Shown here: in pieces, positions 53,835-64,000 of the stretch
Layout of the letters: the number at the start of each line of letters is the position of its first letter
How positions within the stretch are numbered: the first letter of the stretch is position 1
Origin: Eledone cirrhosa
Lineage: Eukaryota
Direction of reading: 5' to 3'
DNA: 64,000 nt
NCBI GenBank assembly: GCA_964016885.1
Contig: OZ024759.1
Location: forward strand, 6,448,001 to 6,512,000
Program-made: the position numbers and the translations under genes
The notes under the pieces: generated by a model
The model's input: the letters and a program-made list of their open reading frames with translations, nothing else
Told to the model about the DNA's origin: nothing
The model's database searches: none

Positions 53835-53970
53835 GACAATATTGGGAAGAGTGCCACTTCACCTAACACACCAGTAATTATTGCTCTAGAACATCTGAGG
53901 AGATGGTTTCCACGTCTGCTGCTAATCTGTGACGTCTGTCTGTGTGCCTACACCTGTCATGGACATTGTG
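53835..53970 (+). CDS. ALAD: ALAD third coding exon (136 nt), Zn-binding cysteine motif
   Basis: Acceptor tttgcAG at 53828-53834 and donor GTCAGT at 53971. Phase 0 start, DNIGKSATSPNTPVIIALEHLRRWFPRLLLICDVCLCAYTCHGHC+G, containing the DVCLCxYTxHGHCG signature of Zn-dependent ALAD. Confidence 0.96.
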
Positions 53971-54069
53971 GTCAGTCTCATTTATTGACCAGCATTATCA
54001 TCATTCATCGTTGTCATCTTCACTGTCATCATCGTCACCACCATCACGTATTAACAAACTACATTAATA

Positions 54070-57000
54070 AAACATTCTAGAAAAGTACAAAACAACACTA
54101 TGACTACATCACATTAAATATTAAAGTCTTTACTGTAATACTGTAAATATTCACAACAATCTGTCCACTAGTAAAGATACTATAAACATTTAGTACAAAA
54201 CAACACTATGACTACATCACATTAAATATTAAAGTCTTTACTGTAATACTGTAAATATTCACAACAATCTGTCTACCAGTAAAGATACTATAAACATTTA
54301 GTACAAAACAACACTATGACTACATCACATTAAATATTAAAGTCTTTGCTGTAATACTGTAAATATTCACAACAATCTGTCCACCAGTAAAGATACTATA
54401 AACATTTAGTACAAAACAACACTATGACTACATCACAATAAATATTAAAGTCTTTACTGTAATACTGTAAATATTCACAACAATCTGTCCACCAGTAAAG
54501 ATACTATAAACATTTAGTACAAAACAACACTATGACTACATCACATTAAATATTAAAGTCTTTACTGTAATACTGTAAATATTCACAACAATCTGTCCAC
54601 CAGTAAAGATACTATAAACATTTAGAACAAAACAACACTATGACTACATCACATTAAATATTAAAGTCTTTACTGTAATACTGTAAATATTCACAACAAT
54701 CTGTCCACCAGTAAAGATACTATAAACATTTAGTACAAAACAACACTATGACTACATCACATTAAATATTAAAGTCTTTACTGTAATATTGTAAATTTTC
54801 ACAACAATCTGTCCACCAGTAAAGATACTATAAACATTTAGTACAAAACAACACTATGACATCACATTAAATATTAAAGTCTTTACTGTAATACTGTAAA
54901 TATTCACAACAATCTGTCTACCACTAAAGATACTATAAACATTTAGTACAAAACAACACTATGACTACATCACATTAAATATTAAAGTATTTACTGTAAT
55001 ACTGTAAATATTCACAACAATCTGTCTACTAGTAAAGATACTATAAACATTTAGTACAAAACAACACTACATCACATTAAATATTAAAGTATTTACTGTA
55101 ATACTGTAAATGTTCACAACAATCTGTCCACCAGTAAAGATACTATAAACATTTAGTACAAAAGAACACTATGACTACATCACATTAAATATTAAAGTCT
55201 TTACTGTAATACTGTAAATATTTACAACAATCTGTCTACCAGTAAAGATACTATAAACATTTAGTACAAAACAACACTATGACTACATCACATTAAATAT
55301 TAAAGTCTTTACTGTAATACTGTAAATATGCACAACAATCTGTCCACCAGTAAAGATACTATAAACATTTAGTACAAAACAACACTATGACTACATCACA
55401 TTAAATATTAAAGTATTTACTGTAATACTGTAAATGTTCACAACAATCTGTCTACTAGTAAAGATACTATAAACATTTAGTACAAAACAACACTATGACT
55501 ACATCACATTAAATATTAAAGTATTTACTGTAATACTGTAAATATTCACAACAATCTGTCTACTAGTAAAGATACTATAAACATTTAGTACAAAACGACA
55601 CTATGACTACATCACATTAAATATTAAAGTATTTACTGTAATACTGTAAATGTTCACAACAATCTGTCTACTAGTAAAGATACTATAAACATTTAGTACA
55701 AAACAACACTATGACTACATCACATTAAATATTAAAGTCTTTACTGTAATACTGTAAATATTCACAACAATCTGTCTACTAGTAAAGATACTATAAACAT
55801 TTAGTACAAAACGACACTATGACTACATCACATTAAATATTAAAGTATTTACTGTAATACTGTAAATATTCACAGCAATCTGTCTACTAGTAAATATACT
55901 ATAAACATTTAGTACAAAAGAACACTATGACTACATCACATTAAATATTAAAGTCTTTACTGTAATACTGTAAATGTTCACAACAATCTGTCCACCAGTA
56001 AAGATACTATAAACATTTAGTACAAAACAACACTATGACTACATCACATTAAATATTAAAGTCTTTACTGTAATACTGTAAATATTCACAACAATCTGTC
56101 TACCAGTAAAGATACTATAAACATTTAGTACAAAACAACACTATGACTACATCACATTAAATATTAAAGTCTTTACTGTAATACTGTAAATATTCACAAC
56201 AATCTGTCTACCAGTAAAGATACTATAAACATTTAGTACAAAACAACACTATGACTACATCACATTAAATATTGAAGTCTTTACTGTAATACTGTAAATA
56301 TTCACAACAATCTGTCCACCAGTAAAGATACTATAAACATTTAGTACAAAACAACACTGACTACATCACATTAAATATTAAAGTCTTTACTGTAATACTG
56401 TAAATATTCACAACAATCTGTCTACCAGTAAAGATACTATAAACATTTAGTACAAAACAACACTATGACTACATCACATTAAATATTAAAGTCTTTGCTG
56501 TAATACTGTAAATATTCACAACAATCTGTCCACCAGTAAAGATACTATAAACATTTAGTACAAAACAACACTATGACTACATCACAATAAATATTAAAGT
56601 CTTTACTGTAATACTGTAAATATTCACAACAATCTGTCCACCAGTAAAGATACTATAAACATTTAGTACAAAACAACACTATGACTACATCACATTAAAT
56701 ATTAAAGTCTTTACTGTAATACTGTAAATATTCACAACAATCTGTCCACCAGTAAAGATACTATAAACATTTAGAACAAAACAACACTATGACTACATCA
56801 CATTAAATATTAAAGTCTTTACTGTAATACTGTAAATATTCACAACAATCTGTCCACCAGTAAAGATACTATAAACATTTAGTACAAAACAACACTATGA
56901 CTACATCACATTAAATATTAAAGTCTTTACTGTAATATTGTAAATTTTCACAACAATCTGTCCACCAGTAAAGATACTATAAACATTTAGTACAAAACAA

Positions 57001-60000
57001 CACTATGACATCACATTAAATATTAAAGTCTTTACTGTAATACTGTAAATATTCACAACAATCTGTCTACCAGTAAAGATACTATAAACATTTAGTACAA
57101 AACAACACTATGACTACATCACATTAAATATTAAAGTCTTTACTGTAATACTGTAAATGTTCACAACAATCTGTCTACTAGTAAAGATACTATAAACATT
57201 TAGTACAAAACAACACTATGACTACATCACATTAAATATTAAAGTATTTACTGTAATACTGTAAATATTCACAACAATCTGTCTACTAGTAAAGATACTA
57301 TAAACATTTAGTACAAAACAACACTACATCACATTAAATATTAAAGTATTTACTGTAATACTGTAAATGTTCACAACAATCTGTCCACCAGTAAAGATAC
57401 TATAAACATTTAGTACAAAAGAACACTATGACTACATCACATTAAATATTAAAGTCTTTACTGTAATACTGTAAATATTTACAACAATCTGTCTACCAGT
57501 AAAGATACTATAAACATTTAGTACAAAACAACACTATGACTACATCACATTAAATATTAAAGTCTTTACTGTAATACTGTAAATATGCACAACAATCTGT
57601 CCACCAGTAAAGATACTATAAACATTTAGTACAAAACAACACTATGACTACATCACATTAAATATTAAAGTATTTACTGTAATACTGTAAATGTTCACAA
57701 CAATCTGTCTACTAGTAAAGATACTATAAACATTTAGTACAAAACAACACTATGACTACATCACATTAAATATTAAAGTATTTACTGTAATACTGTAAAT
57801 ATTCACAACAATCTGTCTACTAGTAAAGATACTATAAACATTTAGTACAAAACGACACTATGACTACATCACATTAAATATTAAAGTATTTACTGTAATA
57901 CTGTAAATATTCACAACAATCTGTCTACTAGTAAAGATACTATAAACATTTAGTACAAAACGACACTATAACTACATCACATTAAATATTAAAGTCTTTA
58001 CTGTAATACTGTAAATATTCACAACAATCTGTCCACCAGTAAAGATACTATAAACATTTAGTACAAAACAACACTATGACTACATCACATTAAATATTAA
58101 AGTCTTTACTGTAATACTGTAAATATTCACAACAATCTGTCCACCAGTAAAGATACTATAAACATTTAGTACAAAACAACACTATGACATCACATTAAAT
58201 ATTAAAGTCTTTACTGTAATACTGTAAATATTCACAACAATCTGTCTATCAATAAAGATACTATAAACATTTAGTACAAAACAACACTATGACTACATCA
58301 CATTAAATATTAAAGTATTTACTGTAATACTGTAAATATTCACAACAATCTGTCTACTAGTAAAGATACTATAAACATTTAGTACAAAACACCACTACAT
58401 CACATTAAATATTAAAGTATTTATTGTAATACTGTAAATGTTCACAACAATCTGTCTACTAGTAAAGATACTATAAACATTTAGTACAAAACAACACTAT
58501 GACTACATCACATTAAATATTAAAGTCTTTACTGTAATACTGTAAATATTCACAACAATCTGTCTACTAGTAAAGATACTATAAACATTTAGTACAAAAC
58601 GACACTATGACTACATCACATTAAATATTAAAGTATTTACTGTAATACTGTAAATATTCACAGCAATCTGTCTACTAGTAAAGATACTATAAACATTTAG
58701 TACAAAAGAACACTATGACTACATCACATTAAATATTAAAGTCTTTACTGTAATACTGTAAATGTTCACAACAATCTGTCCACCAATAAAGATACTATAA
58801 ACATTTAGTACAAAACAACACTATGACTACATCACATTAAATATTAAAGTCTTTACTGTAATACTGTAAATATTCACAACAATCTGTCTACCAGTAAAGA
58901 TACTATAAACATTTAGTACAAAACAACACTATGACTACATCACATTAAATATTAAAGTCTTTACTGTAATACTGTAAATATTCACAACAATCTGTCTACC
59001 AGTAAAGATACTATAAACATTTAGTACAAAACAACACTATGACTACATCACATTAAATATTGAAGTCTTTACTGTAATACTGTAAATATTCACAACAATC
59101 TGTCCACCAGTAAAGATACTATAAACATTTAGTACAAAACAACACTGACTACATCACATTAAATATTAAAGTCTTTACTGTAATACTGTAAATATTCACA
59201 ACAATCTGTCTACCAGTAAAGATACTATAAACATTTAGTACAAAACAACACTATGACTACATCACATTAAATATTAAAGTCTTTGCTGTAATACTGTAAA
59301 TATTCACAACAATCTGTCCACCAGTAAAGATACTATAAACATTTAGTACAAAACAACACTATGACTACATCACAATAAATATTAAAGTCTTTACTGTAAT
59401 ACTGTAAATATTCACAACAATCTGTCCACCACTAAAGATACTATAAACATTTAGTACAAAACAACACTATGACTACATCACATTAAATATTAAAGTCTTT
59501 ACTGTAATACTGTAAATATTCACAACAATCTGTCCACCAGTAAAGATACTATAAACATTTAGTACAAAACAACACTATGACTACATCACATTAAATATTA
59601 AAGTCTTTACTGTAATACTGTAAATATTCACAACAATCTGTCTACCAGTAAAGATACTATAAACATTTAGTACAAAACAACACTATGACTACATCACATT
59701 AAATATTAAAGTCTTTACTGTAATACTGTAAATGTTCACAACAATCTGTCTACTAGTAAAGATACTATAAACATTTAGTACAAAACAACACTATGACTAC
59801 ATCACATTAAATATTAAAGTATTTACTGTAATACTGTAAATATTCACAACAATCTGTCTACTAGTAAAGATACTATAAACATTTAGTACAAAACAACACT
59901 ACATCACATTAAATATTAAAGTATTTACTGTAATACTGTAAATGTTCACAACAATCTGTCCACCAGTAAAGATACTATAAACATTTAGTACAAAACAACA

Positions 60001-63000
60001 CTATGACTACATCACATTAAATATTAAAGTCTTTACTGTAATACTGTAAATATGCACAACAATCTGTCCACCAGTAAAGATACTATAAACATTTAGTACA
60101 AAACAACACTATGACTACATCACATTAAATATTAAAGTCTTTACTGTAATACTGTAAATATTCACAACAATCTGTCTACCAGTAAAGATACTATAAACAT
60201 TTAGTACAAAACAACACTATGACTACATCACATTAAATATTAAAGTCTTTACTGTAATACTGTAAATATGCACAACAATCTGTCCACCAGTAAAGATACT
60301 ATAAACATTTAGTACAAAACAACACTATGACTACATCACATTAAATATTAAAGTATTTACTGTAATACTGTAAATATTCACAACAATCTGTCTACTAGTA
60401 AAGATACTATAAACATTTAGTACAAAACAACACTACATCACATTAAATATTAAAGTATTTACTGTAATACTGTAAATGTTCACAACAATCTGTCCACCAG
60501 TAAAGATACTATAAACATTTAGTACAAAAGAACACTATGACTACATCACATTAAATATTAAAGTCTTTACTGTAATACTGTAAATATTTACAACAATCTG
60601 TCTACCAGTAAAGATACTATAAACATTTAGTACAAAACAACACTATGACTACATCACATTAAATATTAAAGTCTTTACTGTAATACTGTAAATATGCACA
60701 ACAATCTGTCCACCAGTAAAGATACTATAAACATTTAGTACAAAACAACACTATGACTACATCACATTAAATATTAAAGTATTTACTGTAATACTGTAAA
60801 TGTTCACAACAATCTGTCTACTAGTAAAGATACTATAAACATTTAGTACAAAACAACACTATGACTACATCACATTAAATATTAAAGTATTTACTGTAAT
60901 ACTGTAAATATTCACAACAATCTGTCTACTAGTAAAGATACTATAAACATTTAGTACAAAACGACACTATGACTACATCACATTAAATATTAAAGTATTT
61001 ACTGTAATACTGTAAATATTCACAACAATCTGTCTACTAGTAAAGATACTATAAACATTTAGTACAAAACGACACTATAACTACATCACATTAAATATTA
61101 AAGTCTTTACTGTAATACTGTAAATATTCACAACAATCTGTCCACCAGTAAAGATACTATAAACATTTAGTACAAAACAACACTATGACTACATCACATT
61201 AAATATTAAAGTCTTTACTGTAATACTGTAAATATTCACAACAATCTGTCCACCAGTAAAGATACTATAAACATTTAGTACAAAACAACACTATGACATC
61301 ACATTAAATATTAAAGTCTTTACTGTAATACTGTAAATATTCACAACAATCTGTCTATCAATAAAGATACTATAAACATTTAGTACAAAACAACACTATG
61401 ACTACATCACATTAAATATTAAAGTCTTTACTGTAATACTGTAAATGTTCACAACAATCTGTCTACTAGTAAAGATACTATAAACATTTAGTACAAAACA
61501 ACACTATGACTACATCACATTAAATATTAAAGTATTTACTGTAATACTGTAAATATTCACAACAATCTGTCTACTAGTAAAGATACTATAAACATTTAGT
61601 ACAAAACACCACTACATCACATTAAATATTAAAGTATTTATTGTAATACTGTAAATGTTCACAACAATCTGTCTACTAGTAAAGATACTATAAACATTTA
61701 GTACAAAACAACACTATGACTACATCACATTAAATATTAAAGTATTTACTGTAATACTGTAAATATTCACAACAATCTGTCTACTAGTAAAGATACTATA
61801 AACATTTAGTACAAAACGACACTATGACTACATCACATTAAATATTAAAGTATTTACTGTAATACTGTAAATATTCACAACAATCTGTCTACTAGTAAAG
61901 ATACTATAAACATTTAGTACAAAACAACACTATGACTACATCACATTAAATATTAAAGTCTTTACTGTAATACTGTAAATGTTCACAACAATCTGTCCAC
62001 CAGTAAAGATACTATAAACATTTAGTACAAAACAACACTATGACTACATCACATTAAATATTAAAGTCTTTACTGTAATACTGTAAATATTCACAACAAT
62101 CTGTCTACCAGTAAAGATACTATAAACATTTAGTACAAAACAACACTATGACTACATCACATTAAATATTAAAGTCTTTACTGTAATACTGTAAATATTC
62201 ACAACAATCTGTCTACCAGTAAAGATACTATAAACATTTAGTACAAAACAACACTATGACTACATCACATTAAATATTGAAGTCTTTACTGTAATACTGT
62301 AAATATTCACAACAATCTGTCCACCAGTAAAGATACTATAAACATTTAGTACAAAACAACACTGACTACATCACATTAAATATTAAAGTCTTTACTGTAA
62401 TACTGTAAATATTCACAACAATCTGTCTACCAGTAAAGATACTATAAACATTTAGTACAAAACAACACTATGACTACATCACATTAAATATTAAAGTCTT
62501 TGCTGTAATACTGTAAATATTCACAACAATCTGTCCACCAGTAAAGATACTATAAACATTTAGTACAAAACAACACTATGACTACATCACAATAAATATT
62601 AAAGTCTTTACTGTAATACTGTAAATATTCACAACAATCTGTCCACCAGTAAAGATACTATAAACATTTAGTACAAAACAACACTATGACTACATCACAT
62701 TAAATATTAAAGTCTTTACTGTAATACTGTAAATGTTCACAACAATCTGTCTACTAGTAAAGATACTATAAACATTTAGTACAAAACAACACTATGACTA
62801 CATCACATTAAATATTAAAGTATTTACTGTAATACTGTAAATATTCACAACAATCTGTTTACTAGTAAAGATACTATAAACATTTAGTACAAAACAACAC
62901 TACATCACATTAAATATTAAAGTATTTACTGTAATACTGTAAATGTTCACAACAATCTGTCCACCAGTAAAGATACTATAAACATTTAGTACAAAACAAC

Positions 63001-64000
63001 ACTATGACTACATCACATTAAATATTAAAGTCTTTACTGTAATACTGTAAATATGCACAACAATCTGTCCACCAGTAAAGATACTATAAACATTTAGTAC
63101 AAAACAACACTATGACTACATCACATTAAATATTAAAGTCTTTACTGTAATACTGTAAATATTCACAACAATCTGTCTACCAGTAAAGATACTATAAACA
63201 TTTAGTACAAAACAACACTATGACTACATCACATTAAATATTAAAGTCTTTACTGTAATACTGTAAATATGCACAACAATCTGTCCACCAGTAAAGATAC
63301 TATAAACATTTAGTACAAAACAACACTATGACTACATCACATTAAATATTAAAGTCTTTACTGTAATACTGTAAATATTCACAACAATCTGTCTACCAGT
63401 AAAGATACTATAAACATTTAGTACAAAACAACATTATGACTACATCACATTAAATATTAAAGTCTTTACTGTAATACTGTAAATATTCACAACAATCTGT
63501 CTACCAGTAAAGATACTATAAACATTTAGTACAAAACAACATTATGACTACATCACATTAAATATTAAAGTCTTTACTGTAATACTGTAAATGTTCGCAA
63601 CAATCTGTCTACTAGTAAAGATACTATAAACATTTAGTACAAAACAACACTATGACTACATCACATTAAATATTAAAGTATTTACTGTAATACTGTAAAT
63701 ATTCACAACAATCTGTCTACCAGTAAAGATACTATAAACATTTAGTACAAAACAACATTATGACTACATCACATTAAATATTAAAGTCTTTACTGTAATA
63801 CTGTAAATATTCACAACAATCTGTCTACCAGTAAAGATACTATAAACATTTAGTACAAAACAACATTATGACTACATCACATTAAATATTAAAGTCTTTA
63901 CTGTAATACTGTAAATGTTCACAACAATCTGTCTACTAGTAAAGATACTATAAACATTTAGTACAAAACAACACTATGACATCACATTAAATATTAAAGT
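54070..64000. repeat. 108-bp AT-rich satellite, about 90 copies, continuing past the window end
   Basis: Unit tagtacaaaacaacactatgactacatcacattaaatattaaagtctttactgtaatactgtaaatattcacaacaatctgtc(c/t)accagtaaagatactataaacatt; period 54191 to 54299. Confidence 0.98.

Noticed and set aside
53799-54080. 93-aa stand-alone ORF with a His-rich tail
   Set aside because: Only 53835-53970 is ALAD-like; the rest is intron read-through.

Overview
Repeat-dense animal genomic DNA. The SINE/LINE content and (AT)n load resemble a coleoid cephalopod such as Octopus; this is an inference. The only host gene I can support is delta-aminolevulinic acid dehydratase (ALAD/porphobilinogen synthase) on the + strand. 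It has three coding exons (9534-9655, 46907-47054, 53835-53970) with GT-AG sites and compatible phases, a >=37 kb first coding intron containing a 200-N gap, and a candidate CCAAT/CRE/ETS promoter. The remaining exons lie beyond the window. Everything else is mobile or tandem DNA: several RTE-clade LINE families (two with a PHD-type zinc finger just after the RT core), CR1/L2-like LINEs, CRE-like fragments, Penelope-like remnants with degenerate hammerhead motifs, two tRNA-derived SINE families (one CORE-type), mariner, hAT, piggyBac-like and pogo-like elements, and many satellites. At least three satellites visibly arose from internal pieces of transposons. Most ORFs in the supplied track are microsatellite or tandem-repeat artefacts. 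All alignments and counts were made by eye; repeat boundaries are approximate.
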